This document shows positions 1-12,837 of a stretch of DNA of 64,000 nucleotides, one piece after another. Source of the stretch: Eledone cirrhosa (taxonomy: Eukaryota); contig OZ024742.1 of NCBI GenBank assembly GCA_964016885.1, forward strand, positions 363,134,001-363,198,000, written 5' to 3'. The position numbers and the translations under genes were made by a program. Each line of letters starts with the position of its first letter. Position 1 is the stretch's first letter. The notes under the pieces are model-generated. The model saw nothing but the letters and a program-made list of their open reading frames with translations, ran no database searches and was not told the origin of the DNA.

Positions 1-538
1 CGAACTCTTGGGACTAAAGTTATGAATAAAACCCCTTAAGCACTAAAGCACACGTCAATACATATTCTACGTATAAGTATTTCAAACGAAGCAATGAGAT
101 TGTTTCTAGTTTGATATAAAGTGAAGCTGGCTAAGCGTGTTTGAAATTCATGATATATTGAAATAGGAAATCAATATATAAGAGAAGGATACAGTGATGG
201 CTGACAATCGAAGTGCTTTAAGCAGTTCTACTTAAAAGGGCTTTTGCTGTCACGTGGCTGTTAAAATCCTAGTGGAAATAATAGTGAATCTATCAAGTAT
301 TTCTCATAGATTCCCCGTCATTTCAATATAAACGGACAAGAGAGGGGAGGAAGGAGTGACTGTTGATTGTTCAACTTTGACACCTAACAACTAAAATCTA
401 TGACCAACACTCAACATTTTAACCTAACTCACAAACTTAAGCATAATCAACTTTACTGATTTTAACGTCAGCTATTTGTTACTTAGAACACTCCACTACC
501 GCCACCACTCCTCCTCCTCCTCCTCCTCCTCCTCCTGA

Positions 539-598
<60 letters not shown>

Positions 599-777
599 AC
601 TTCATCTTAGAACTCTATACTTAAGAAAGGTGGAGTAAAGTGATTCTCTACATATTATTGTCCTTAAATATAGAGTAGAATGTTCAATGATGCTCTTACA
701 GGGCTTAACTAGTAACATCCCATCTCTCCCTCACCACTTTCTCTCTTTTTGTATGTGTATATATATAAATATGTGTG

Positions 778-818
<41 letters not shown>

Positions 819-824
<6 letters not shown>

Positions 825-1262
825 AAGTTAAATAAAAGTCAAATGATTAAAATTTAGCTTCGTTTGTTACTGCTATATATTTCAGTGACAGCCATCTTTG
901 GTTGTGACCTCTTCAGGCAGTTTGAATTAGTATGGTATAGACAAGTACATATGTTGTTTAGGTGTATAATATTGTCAATACTCGGATATGCCCAGTTCCT
1001 TGTTGGGTTGTTAATTCACTGAGGAACTGGAGTCTTATGACTCCAGTTCCTCAGTGAATTCAAACTGCCTGAAGAGGTCACAGCCAAAGATGGCTGTCAC
1101 TGAAATATATATAGCAGTAATAAACGAAGCTAAATTTTAATCATTTGACTTTTATTTAACTTTATTTTACACTACTCCGGAGTAACCAAACCAACCTGCG
1201 CACTTCGTCGAGTGCTCCAGCCTGCATACTGAAGTGTTGGTATACAACCAACATAAACTCAA
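819..1262 (+). mobile_element. Non-coding PLE-type fold-back insert in (TA)n (inverted arms 819-928 and 1057-1169, plus 3' tail)
   Basis: Arms are near-perfect reverse complements, each with a hammerhead motif; unique ~90-nt tail; TA runs on both sides. Confidence 0.8.
1064..1118 (+). ncRNA. Minimal type I hammerhead ribozyme motif (mirror copy 869-921 on minus)
   Basis: actgc-CTGAAGA-g gtcacagcc aaagat ggctgtcac t-GAAA-tatata-TA-gcagt: stem I actgc/gcagt, intact core, palindromic stem III. Confidence 0.85.
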
Positions 1263-1470
1263 AATCTCTCTCTCTATATATATATATATGCAGGTATGGA
1301 CATAGAATAAAGAATGCAAATGCAAAAGATATTGTTGACAATTAGTCTTTTACCTTAGAATTATTTAAATGTCCTTAATTTTCGAGATAATATCTCTTCT
1401 TCGGAGGGAAGTAAATCGCTTGCCAAGTCATGCTGACAGGAAATGGTATACAGGAAATGGCTTTATTATA

Positions 1471-1501
<31 letters not shown>

Positions 1502-1625
1502 TTTCATTAGTTAAGCAAAACAAGACCACAAATTTCTCAAGGAAAATATTATTAAAAGATTGTCAACATAGTTTTAGTTTAATGTAAGGAATGTAAAGAA
1601 TAATAATGATAATACTAATAATGTC

Positions 1626-1813
1626 AGTTTACAATTGTTTCACTACTCCATATAATGTTTCTGGATCAAATGATTATAGACGGGGGTCGATAAAATAAAG
1701 TACCAGTAATGTACTGGATAATTGCTGGCCTTATGCCAAAAGTAGAAACAATTATTGATCTGGTTCAGTTGAAGATAATTAACTTAGGTAAATTGGAGCA
1801 GCTCATCAGAACT
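1626..1813 (-). ncRNA. Hammerhead motif with greatly enlarged stem II loop (interrupted by a SINE)
   Basis: agtt-CTGATGA-gctgctcca...tggagtagt-GAAA-caattg-TA-aact on the minus strand. Confidence 0.7.
1680..1756 (+). mobile_element. SINE 3' fragment
   Basis: ggggtcgataaaataaagtaccagtaat...agtagaaacaattatt matches the 3' half of the SINEs at 43276, 49473 and 61773. Confidence 0.85.
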
Positions 1814-4800
1814 TCAAAATGAATATAAATTAAAGTAAAGAAAGAAGATTACATGAATGTAATGTTTCATATAATGGTATTTCACTATGGTGTCCTGGGT
1901 ATATCTATTGTCTGCTATAGGCGAGCAATATTCTTCTGTTGAGGCTGCATTATGTGAGATCTGCCTATGGGTAACAAGATAGCAGCCAAAGGACATATTT
2001 ATCTTACTAATTAGAGGGTGGATTCAGGGGAAGTAACTCCTCGAGAAATTAGAAATTGTAGGTAGTTTATAGTTAAGAATTGCTAATGACTTTAAATGAG
2101 AGACAATGTACTGGAGGTAACTTATAATTATCTAAATTAGCTGTAACTATTTAACTTGTTAACTATAAGGAAAAGTGGGGATAGATGACTATATTGGGTC
2201 AAATATTCTCTTGGCGAAGGAATTAGCTCTTCGATGTTGAGAGCTAATAATTACCTCCGTTCTATCATTAATCGGTGGAGGTCGTGATAGAGTTATGTAA
2301 TAGGCTTCGGTAAGACAGAGATCACAAGAGTTTCTTCGTCCATTGAACGGTTGGGCCCTAGCCAAGATATCCCATGTTAGTCAGTGTTCAATGTTGGTTA
2401 ATTTAAGGTGTTTAATGAGCCTAGCTACAGATATCGAACATCTATTGCTAGGGTCTCGGAAGGAAAATGAGTGCGCATTATAGCGTACCTTAAAAGGGTT
2501 AGAGATAGAGCCAATATAGGAGCTGGTATGCGATGCTGTTTTAACTGTGCACCTATGAACTATATTGGGTGTAAGGCATTGTCCGTTTAGAGGGCATGCA
2601 TTAGGGTAACGGCAATTGCAATTACTGCTGCGGTTAGTGATAGTAGGGTTGTTTAAAATATGCGGTTGGTGCGTGTTAGAAGGATTAGATGGGGGAGGTA
2701 TGCTACTAGCGTAAGTATTGGTGTAGTGGCGTGGTGTATTGGGGGGGGGGGGTAGTAGTACCGCGGTGTGGTGTATTACTGTCTTAGTTCATGATGGTTA
2801 CTGAACGCGATGTGGCTAGCTAAGTTAGGTGTTGTGGAGAATGAGATTTTATGAGGTTATTAGAATGAGATCATGGGTTTATTATTACCTGGGCGTTAGT
2901 TATTTGTCATCCTATCGCTCATTCCTATTCTAGGGTTGGTTTTGAATCTGCTACTTGGAGTGGGAAGTAGGCATCTGCCACCATTAAAGTTCCCTGTATA
3001 GGTGCTGTTACTGCTAAGGTTACGGCGAATCTAGGTATATGCTAAAGTATTTCTAGTTCTAGTGCTAAGTTTATTATAGTTGTGGTGAAGTGCTGTGTTA
3101 TGGCATTTAGGTATGTAGTAAATGGACTGTTCATAACCAGATTCAGAAAGAGCCTTATTATAATATGCCGCATGGTTTATAAATACCTCCTCATTTGCGG
3201 ATAGCATGGAGATCCTATACGAGATAGATTTGATGACTGCTCTGATGACTGCCGGTGGGTGGTTAGAGTGTGGGATAATATATGTAAGTATTTCACCTGG
3301 TTTATGATAAGGGTAATATAAGTTATTGTTAAGATCTGGGGTAACGTCAAGAAAGTTTACTAATTTAGGGTTCGGCTCGATTGTGATAGAGAGACCGTTA
3401 TTTAAAAAAATCTATGTAATTGTTTTTTGAGCAAGTCAACGTCTCGATTAGTGCAATTGTGGACTGCAAATAGGGCGTCGTCCCTATATGTTCCACCTTG
3501 CAAGGGTTGGATTTAAGCTCTGATGGTATGCAATAGGTAGATTCCAACTAAATCGGTGATTTGCGCAGAGTCGCTTGAGCCCATAGTGATGTCGAAGTTG
3601 TCTGTTCTGTCCTTTCTAGTCCAGAATGAACCGTTGAATTCAATGATGGTCTGCCTAGCCACAAGTATGATGTCAATCTCGTTATTTGTTATGTCAGAGT
3701 TGGTGCTGGCTAGGGTTAATGCTTTGTTAAGCAGTGCCGGGGTTATTGAAGCGTAGTAGCTGTCAATGTCAAATTGGAGGAACCGCATAGATTCCTTGGA
3801 CCTTAGATCGGAGAACCATCTGATGACTTGGCCGGTGTTGGACCACAGCTTGTATGTGATATCATCTCGTAGCCCAGTTTTGGCTTCTAACCAAATTGGG
3901 ATTATGAGTCTAATAGATGGGTTCTCAATAAAGTTTGGCTTGTCATCCTTGAGAGAAAACCTAGGAATTGTAGCTACAGCCAGATTCGCCGGAATCTTAG
4001 CAGTAACAGCACCTTTATAGGGAACCTTAATGGTGGCAGAGGCCTACTTGCAACTCCAAGTAGAAGACTCAAAATCAACCCTAGAATAGGAATGAGCAAT
4101 ATGATGACAAATAACAAACGCCCAGGTAATAATAACCCCATGATCACCCCTGCCAACTCCACTAGTACCCCAAGAAGGAATAGGCCTAGAAATATCACCT
4201 GGCTTAAACACCCATTCTCATCTAACTTAGCCACTAATATCCCTAAACCCTTCTTCTCTATCCTATCTAAATACCCCCCCCCCAACCATAGATATTACAA
4301 ACTCTTAAAAAAAACAACAACATTAAAATCTCATTCTCCACACCACAGCTAAAACAGCATCGCATACCAGCTCCTATATTGGCTCTAGCTCTAACCCTTT
4401 TAAGGTACGCTATAATGCGCACTCATTTTCCTTCCAAGACCCTAGCAATAGATGTTCGACATCTCTAGCTAGGCTCATTAAACACCTTAAATTAACCAAC
4501 ATTGAACACTGACTAACATGGGATATCTTGGCTAGAGCCCAACCGTTCAATGGACGAAGAAACTCTTGTGATCTCTGTCTTTCCGAAGCCTATTACATAA
4601 CTCTATCCCGACCTCCACCGATTAATGATAGAACGGAGGTAACTATTAGCTCTCAACATCGAAGGGCTAATTACTTCGCCAACAGAATATTAGACCCAAC
4701 ATAGTCATCTATCCCCACTTTTCCTTATAGCTAACAAGTTAAATAGTTACAGCAAATTTAGATAATTATAAGTTACCTCCCGTACATTGTCTCTCATTTA

Positions 4801-4914
4801 AACTGATTAGCAATTCTTAACTATAACCTACCTCCAATTAACCAATCTTTCTTCTCCTCTCCTATCTCCATCTCTCTCTTTAAGATTGGTTACTCTTGTA
4901 GATAAATATATATA

Positions 4915-5010
<96 letters not shown>

Positions 5011-5330
5011 TATGTATCCCTCTCTTTCTCTCTCTCTATAAATATATATATATATATATGTATATATAATAAACAAATGCTCAGAATTTTCTCTTGAGAA
5101 AAAAATCCAAACGCGATGTAGAGTTCCATTGTTAAGCCAGTTGTTATACAACTGCCTTACGTCTTTGAAATACGCATAACAAAATAAATATTGATGAAAC
5201 TGTCTTTCTTGCTTATTATCATAAAACTCCGGATGAACAAAAACCGTGGAGTGCTCTACTTCTGTTAAGAAAAGGTCGGCAGATTTTCAATCAACCAACA
5301 TTCTTCAATTGAATATAAATTTATATATAT

Positions 5331-5425
<95 letters not shown>

Positions 5426-5619
5426 TTGTTAAACTTTGGGAGGGTCATGTTGCCAATAAGAAACACACGTACCAGTTGCTTTCACTTCAATTTATTATAA
5501 TAAATTTATAAATTTAAGAATGTATGAATTTCCGGTTGGTTGGTTGGCTCCAACCAGATGATTGTTTATATATTGTCAAAGTTCTTTCGTCACACATTTT
5601 GTGACCTCTTCAATGACTA

Positions 5620-5667
<48 letters not shown>

Positions 5668-5668
<1 letters not shown>

Positions 5669-6222
5669 ATAATACTCCGAAGCCGAGAATCATTCGGTTT
5701 CCTAGTTAGAATTTTAGTCTACAACTTCAGTTATACCATTTACGTGGTTTGTCTTTGCGTGCAATTGTTCTTCACTCTCCACATATGACGTATTCTCTTC
5801 GTTTTTTCCGTTCATTGCCAGAGAAAGTCTCCATGAACCACCTAATAGAATATTCGTCTACGTCTTCTTTTATACCATAAACGTGGTTCTGTCTTTGCGT
5901 GTAATTGTTTTTCACCGCTCCAAATAATGACGTATTATATTCGTTTTTTCCCGTTCTTTGCCAGGGAACGTTTCCACGAACCAAAGTATCGTCTTCCTGT
6001 CTTCCTCCGGTTGAAACGTTTTTAGAAATAATCAGTTCCGCGTTCAAAGTTTGACTTTGTTAGTTTCAGAAGATCCCGTTAAAGGTGAAAGCACCGATTC
6101 TTAGCTTAAACTTTAATCTGTTATTTTAATAAATATTTGCACTACGGTTCTTATATATTTGATATATATCTATCCTTATCGAGCCCTCTTTGGATTTTAG
6201 TCTTCAAATTTATTATTATTAC
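5668..6222 (+). mobile_element. TA-flanked PLE-type 3' end (family also at 18417-18780 and 43910-44040)
   Basis: 6060-6222 is homologous to the reverse complement of 18417-18580 and to pieces of 43910-44040; CAGAAGA..GAAA hammerhead-like core; internal ~110-bp duplication at 5740-5960. Confidence 0.6.
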
Positions 6223-6298
<76 letters not shown>

Positions 6299-6335
6299 AT
6301 ATAATATATAGTATATATATATATATATATATATA

Positions 6336-6399
<64 letters not shown>

Positions 6400-6403
<4 letters not shown>

Positions 6404-6790
6404 CAAGGCAGAAATCTAGGAGAAGGAAAACTCTGATATAACACCTGCAACCCTGATGGTATCCAATGATGTTGATTTGTTCTTCTTTTTGGAAAATATC
6501 ATCTTGGTTAAGAGAGTGGGACTGGCTTTGTGAAGTGACTTTGCTCACTATAAAAGCTTCACGGCACAGGCATTGCTTTATATCTGGAGATCTCTCTGCA
6601 CTTGTCGTCACATGGTACCATGGGCCTAGCACTATGTGTCAATAAGTGTCACAAGTGTAGTGTTTGTTCCAGAGTTTTCGAGTCGCTGGCTGGACTAAAA
6701 AGTCACACACACTTGTTCAGCGCATAGGTAGGAGTTCTCCTACATGGATATAAATTAGTGGCCGTACTCGAAAACGAGTTGGCAGCCACC
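6400..6790 (+). mobile_element. Probable RTE-clade LINE 3' end
   Basis: Reads HKCSVCSRVFESLAGLKSH (terminal C2H2-like finger typical of RTE ORF ends), then a short UTR and TA tail. Confidence 0.55.
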
Positions 6791-7019
6791 ATATATATAT
6801 AACCAAAGATTAGTATGGTTCCATGACTACTCTATTACTTTTGCTCTACGTCCTTTTCTTCTTTAAGTTTATCATATTATTTGTGGTATAAAAACTTTGA
6901 GATTTGATGAAATAAATCACTGCCAATACTGGAATTGAATAATCAAGACCGTAGCGGTATGACATATATTAAATCATATATTTTGTCTGATGAATGCGTA
7001 CTTAAACGTACTTAAACAT

Positions 7020-7718
7020 CATAGTACCTTAACTCTCCTGCTCCGAGCCAGTGCTACAGAATATCCAGTCATGGTTTTTCTCTAGCGCATGGCGCATACA
7101 CTAGTCCACTGCGATGATAAAAAGGTAGCGAGCGAATATATCTCCCTGGAACACTTTAGTCAGTATCTCAAAGAACTCCGTCATCCCAGGTGTAATGACT
7201 TAAGATTGGTGTTGATGTCGAGCAGTGGTATCAAGTCCACTATCTTCTTGGGGATTCCATAAGGCTATACGATCTTCGTCAGGCAGTAACGGTCCACAGA
7301 ATCAAAGGCCTTCCTAAAGTCAATAAATACCATGACAGCAGGAAGGCTCATTGCTGTATATCCCTCTAATATCCTCCTCAGCAACAAGATGTTACTGGAG
7401 GTTGATCCCCCCCCCCCCTGAAGCCGTTTTGGTTGTCCCTGAGCTTCTTCTCCATCTCGAGCTGGATCCTGTTAAGAATCATCCTGTTGAGGATCTTTGC
7501 CACAAGTGACGTCAGAGAGATCCCTCTGTAGTTGTTGGTGTTAGAGAGATCTCCCTCTTTGGCACTGGGACGATGTTACTGACCCTCCATTGATTCGGGG
7601 CAACTTATTTCTCGAGTGCCTGGTCCCAGAACTTCAGGATGATATCATCAAAATCACACCTCTTCATCACCCTTGATGCCACACGATATTCTGCATGACA
7701 CTTGCCCTCCTAGATGTT

Positions 7719-7720
<2 letters not shown>
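7020..7720 (-). pseudogene. Degenerate RTE-like LINE reverse transcriptase fragment
   Basis: Minus strand reads GDLSNTNNYRGISLTSLVAKILNRMILNRI...NQNGFR...VFIDFRKAFDSVDR...FQGD with frameshifts. Confidence 0.85.
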
Positions 7721-7780
<60 letters not shown>

Positions 7781-7782
<2 letters not shown>

Positions 7783-8880
7783 AAATTAAGATAAATCAAA
7801 TGAATTTAATCTAAATCAAAATTATGGGTGTCATGCCAGAAAGACATGCGCCATATCACCCGCAAAATAAGCTTTAAGATTCTAACGAGTAGGTCCGAGC
7901 ATTTTATAATAACTAGAGATTGATTAACATATAAATAAACATGAATAATCACAGGAGATAATTTTTACAAGTGTGTAACCACAAATAGCTAGGTAGGTAA
8001 CTAAATAAAGTTGACCAGAACTTCAAAAATAGATACCTTATAATATGATTAATCTTCCCTGTATATATTCCATTAAAAGAAATATATTTCACCAATTAAT
8101 CAGATGGTAAACCACAGAAGGGGAGACTTGGATTTTCAACAAGGAAGAAGTTCCAGCAATCCGTGTTTACACTTCAAGTTCAAATCAGCGACTGGCCAGC
8201 ACGTGTTGTATTTACTAGAAATAACACATCATACTAGCTTCGTCCCAGTGGCGTGAATAGGGTTATCGACAACTAGAAACACCAGTCGAGTCCTTTCAAC
8301 AGAGTTAGCTCCACAATTAAGGAGACGTATCTATATCCAAAATTAAGATAAATCAAATGAATTTAATCTAAATCAAAATTATGTTATGGCGCATGTCTTT
8401 CTGGCATGACACCCATAATTTTGATTTAGATTAAATTCATTTGATTTATCTTAATTTTGGATATAGATATATAAATACGGCTCCTTAATTGTAGAGCTAA
8501 CTCTGTTGAAAGGACTCGACTGCTGTTTCTAGTTGTCGATAACCCTATTCACGCCACTGGGACGAAGCTAGTATGATGTGTTATTTCTAGTAAATACAAC
8601 ACGTGCTGGCCAGTCGCTGATTTGAACTTGAAATTGCTAGAACTTCTTCCTTGTTGAAAATCCAAGTCTCCACTTCTGTGGTTTACCATCTGATTAATTG
8701 GTGAAATATATTTCTTTAATGGAATATATACAGGGAAGATTAATCATATTATAAGGTATCTATTTTTGTAGTTCTGGTCAACTTTATTTAGTTACCTACC
8801 TAGCTATGTGTGGTTACACACTTGTAAAAATTATCTCCTGTGATTATTCATGTTTATTTATATGTTAATAAATCTCTAGT

Positions 8881-8885
<5 letters not shown>
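7781..8885. mobile_element. 1.1-kb non-coding palindrome built from a ~557-nt terminally redundant unit
   Basis: 7905-8384 is the reverse complement of 8412-8885; 7781-7825 is directly repeated at 8338-8383; (TA)n on both sides. Confidence 0.8.
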
Positions 8886-8929
<44 letters not shown>

Positions 8930-8932
<3 letters not shown>

Positions 8933-9246
8933 GAAGGGATATTTAATTTGTTGGAAATCCGACAAATATAAGTATGAATGTTTATAACTGATTTAGAGCA
9001 CTCAACAAGTTCCTGGAGTAAATATTCAATGATATTAAATAAATGGAAACTATATTTTTAAAAACATATTTATTTTATTATATATATTTCAAGGGAATAT
9101 CCAACTGATAAGGTATGATTTTCCTGGGTATGTTTCTATTTATAAAACAAACAAAAAGATAGCGTACCAAAGTGTTTTGGTACCCTTGATATATATATAA
9201 TAAAGTAAATATGCTTTTATAAATATAGTTTCCATTTATTTAATAT

Positions 9247-9251
<5 letters not shown>
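8930..9251 (-). mobile_element. TA-flanked fold-back insert (arms ~9027-9094 and 9183-9251; family also at 35828)
   Basis: Inverted arms plus ~95-nt tail on the left; arm homologous to 35828-35890. Confidence 0.7.
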
Positions 9252-9319
<68 letters not shown>

Positions 9320-9326
<7 letters not shown>

Positions 9327-9905
9327 GGATACTATTTATAGTTATGTATATTTTAAACTTTTTATAGTTATGTATATTTAAACTATAAACAAGGAAGGTC
9401 AGTAATTTATTACTACCTTATTACCAGTAAGATACATAGCTCAATGTATGAACATCAGTTGTTCTACAGAGCAGTTATATAGAAGTCACAAGAATCAAAT
9501 CTATGTTCAAAGCATTTATTAACTTACAATTGTTTCATGCAAACCTAGGCTTGGAGTCTTAGGAGCATTTTTTAATGTTTGTACATATAATTGACCTCCT
9601 GTCCAACGCAAGAGACATACCGATACATATACATATATTGATGTACAGTGGAGTGACACATATTATACTATACTATATTTGTATTTAAAATACAAAATAT
9701 ATAAGATCAAAAAACAAAAAAAACAGAAAAAAAAATAACCATTGTACATCAATATATGTATATGTATCGGTATATCTCTTGCGTTGGATAGGAGGTCAAT
9801 TATATGTACAAACATAAAAAAATGCTCCAATGACACCAAGCCTAGGTTTGGATGAAACAATTGTAAGTTAATAAATGCTTTGAACATACCTTTGATTCTT
9901 GTGAA
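9320..9905 (-). mobile_element. Fold-back of pLTRs related to the adjacent Penelope (diverged subfamily)
   Basis: 9320-9650 is the reverse complement of a homolog of 10020-10345; 9740-9905 is the tail-less inverted arm. Confidence 0.8.
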
Positions 9906-9946
9906 TTCTCTCTCTCTCTCTATATATATAGTGCATCAATGAATTC

Positions 9947-10019
<73 letters not shown>

Positions 10020-10094
10020 CATCAATATATACATATGTTTCTGTATGTCTCTTGTGTTGGAAAGGAGGTCAAGTATGTAAACAATCATTGAAAA

Positions 10095-10145
10095 TTTGCT
10101 CCGAAGACATCAAACCACGGCTTGGAAGAAACAATTGTAAGCGAA
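10095..10145 (+). ncRNA. pLTR hammerhead motif, variant core CCGAAGA
   Basis: tttgct-CCGAAGA-stem II-GAAA-caattg-TA-agcgaa, followed by AATAAA. Confidence 0.7.
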
Positions 10146-10393
10146 TAAATGGTTTAAACAGAACTTTGATTCATGTAATTTCCATATAACTGCTCTGTTG
10201 AACAACTGATGTTATTACATTGAGCTATTTATCTTACTGGTAATAAGGTAATAATAAATTACTGTCTTTCACTATTTAGGGTTTAAAATATATATAACTA
10301 TAAAAAGTTTTAGTATATACATAACCATAAATAGTATCCTTAATACTATTAACTGCTCCATACTGTTGAGCCGGCATACAATAAATTACCAGT

Positions 10394-12837
10394 ATGCTGA
10401 TCAAAGACCAACTCCCTATGACAACCAAGAACATACCAATACCATCCAAGAATACATATGAGAAATTATTGATCGACAGTATAAATTCCTTTATCAATAG
10501 AGTGAGATGGAGGACATTCCATTATGATAAAAACAAATCTAACAAGGTTAATAATACTAACAAATTTGACTCCTTCGGCTTTAAAACCTTTAGAAGCCCC
10601 CCTCATAACACACTACTAAACTCCTTTGAAAATGACCTAATAAAATTAGTTAAGAACATTAAATATAAAAAACACCGTAATAAAAACAACACCTTCTTAA
10701 ACAAACTTAACACCTCTATTAATGAATTCAAAACTAGTAATAAGATTATTGTACATGCGGACAAAACTAATAACATATACAGCCTAGATTATAATACTTA
10801 TAGAAAGTTTATATATAATAATGAACTACATAAAAGCTACAAGAAAACTACTATGAAAAACTTAGAAGATATTAATATAGAAGGCTATAATATAGTGTCC
10901 AAACTAGGATTTCAGAGACATACACAGCCATATACCCCAAACCCCCCTAGATTCTCTCTGAAGGACCATAAGGAGGACTTCATTAGCAACCCCTCGATTA
11001 GACTTATCTGCCCTTCCAAGTCTGACATTGGCATTATCAGTAAGAAAATTTTAGATAAAATCATCCCACAGATTAAACACAAGATATACCTTAAACAATG
11101 GGGAAATACGGGTGAAGTTATTGAATGGTTCAAAGATATCAAGGATAACAAGGATAAAAAATTTATTCAATTTGATATCAATTCATGCTACACCTCTATT
11201 TCCCCTATCCTATTAAATAAGGCACTAATCATGGCCATGGACAATAGTGACCTGGCTAGACCCCAGATTGATGTCATACTGCGGCCCGTAAAACCGTAAT
11301 CACCTTTGAAGACCAATTATGGACCCGCAAAGATACGCAAAACAACTTCGACATAACCATGGGATCTAGTGACTCGGCGCAGGTCACTGATTTGATCGGC
11401 CTATATTTACTTAACGAAATCCATAAGGACCTTCCTTACGTCAACGGTGGTTTGTACCGTGATGATGCACTTCTACTTATAGACTATAAAAAATTCAATA
11501 TAGAAAGAACTAGAAAACTATTGCACAAGACATTCAAAAACTATAACCTTAGTATTACCATGGACAAAAACACTAAAAACGTTAACTTCCTGGACGCCAC
11601 CCTCTACCTAGACTCAAAGATATATACACCTTTCCATAAACCTAACGAAAAACTCATTTACGTAGATACCAAGTCTAACCACCCTATATCAATATTAAAC
11701 TCTATCTCTAAGGGAGTATCCAATAGAATCTCTAATCTATCCTATGACGTAAACATATTTAGCAAAAACTCGCAATATTATAATCAGGCATTAGCTAGAT
11801 CAGGCCATAATATAGAGATCGAGTTCCTACCTACAACAACACATAGCTACAACATTATTTCGCACAATATGTCCATGAGGAAATTTAGTAATAATAGCAA
11901 CCACACACACACTAATACGGAGGATGCCAACGAAAGTAACCCACACCACAGAAATTACCATAGTACCATAAAAGGAAACAACTCACCACACATAAAAAAC
12001 AAAAATATAAGAAATAATACATTTTTCAATCTAAACGTCTCTACCAACCTACCTAAGGCTTTCTTCTCACTACTAGATAAAAACTTCCCATCTGGCCACA
12101 AGTACCATAGCCTTTTAAACAAAAACACTATTAAAATCTCCTACTCTACTACGCCTAACATAGCATACCACATAGCTAGTAGCAATAAAAGAAAAATTAA
12201 TTCTTACTTCCAACAAACTAAATCACAACAGACGATAAACCTTCAAAATAACATTATATCAACTAACCCTAATAACAATAGTAATAATAGTAATAGCACT
12301 TGTGTAAGCAATAACGCTGGGAACGACAACCCCCATAACCATAATCCTATAGCTACCATCCAGACTTCTACACAACATAATAACCGGCAGACTAACACCC
12401 AGAATAATTGTAACTGTAGATCAAATAGAACCTGCCCTTTAGATAAAAAATGTTTAATCAAGGATATCATATACTCATGCACCGTCACAACTAGCAACTC
12501 TTCTGAAACCTATATAGGCTCTACTTCAAATTGCTTCAAAACCAGTTACAATTCACACCTCCACTCTTTCAAAAAACACAGTCTAGCCAACTCCACTTCA
12601 CTATCTAGCTACATACACTATCTAAAAACTAAAAATAAATCTTATACACTTAAATGGGAAGTGATAAGTAACGCGACATCGTACAAACCACCTAATAAAT
12701 TTTGTAACCTCTGTCTACTAGAGACCCATACTATTATCTTCTCTAACCATAACCTCCTTAATAAAAAATCAGAAGTGTTCGCGTCTTGCCGGCACCGCTT
12801 CCGACACTCCTTCCAAAACTTTAAACCCAATATATAA
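10394..12837 (+). pseudogene. PLE reverse transcriptase + C-terminal GIY-YIG endonuclease (one frameshift near 11285)
   Basis: ADKTNN, LKDHK..PSIRLI, QFDI..Y, MGSSDSA, LYRDD, NFLD; CNCRSNRTC (CxCx5C) linker, IIY..TYIGST, CNLC, terminal CRH as described for Hydra-clade PLEs. Confidence 0.9.

Larger units (their letters stand above)
1503..4900. mobile_element. Decayed Penelope-like element (Hydra-clade-like) with large inversion: minus arm ~3975->1503, plus arm ~3978->4900
   Basis: ORF remnant 3513-3788(-) FLQFDIDSYY...FDITMGSSDSAQITDLVG is homologous to the RT at 10394-12837; 4357-4830 is the reverse complement of ~2060-2540; both ends match the element at 44463-45137. Confidence 0.85.

Noticed and set aside
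4828-6632. Many ORFs with [12 protein letters not shown] or RERE runs (here and throughout the window)
   Set aside because: Translations of microsatellites
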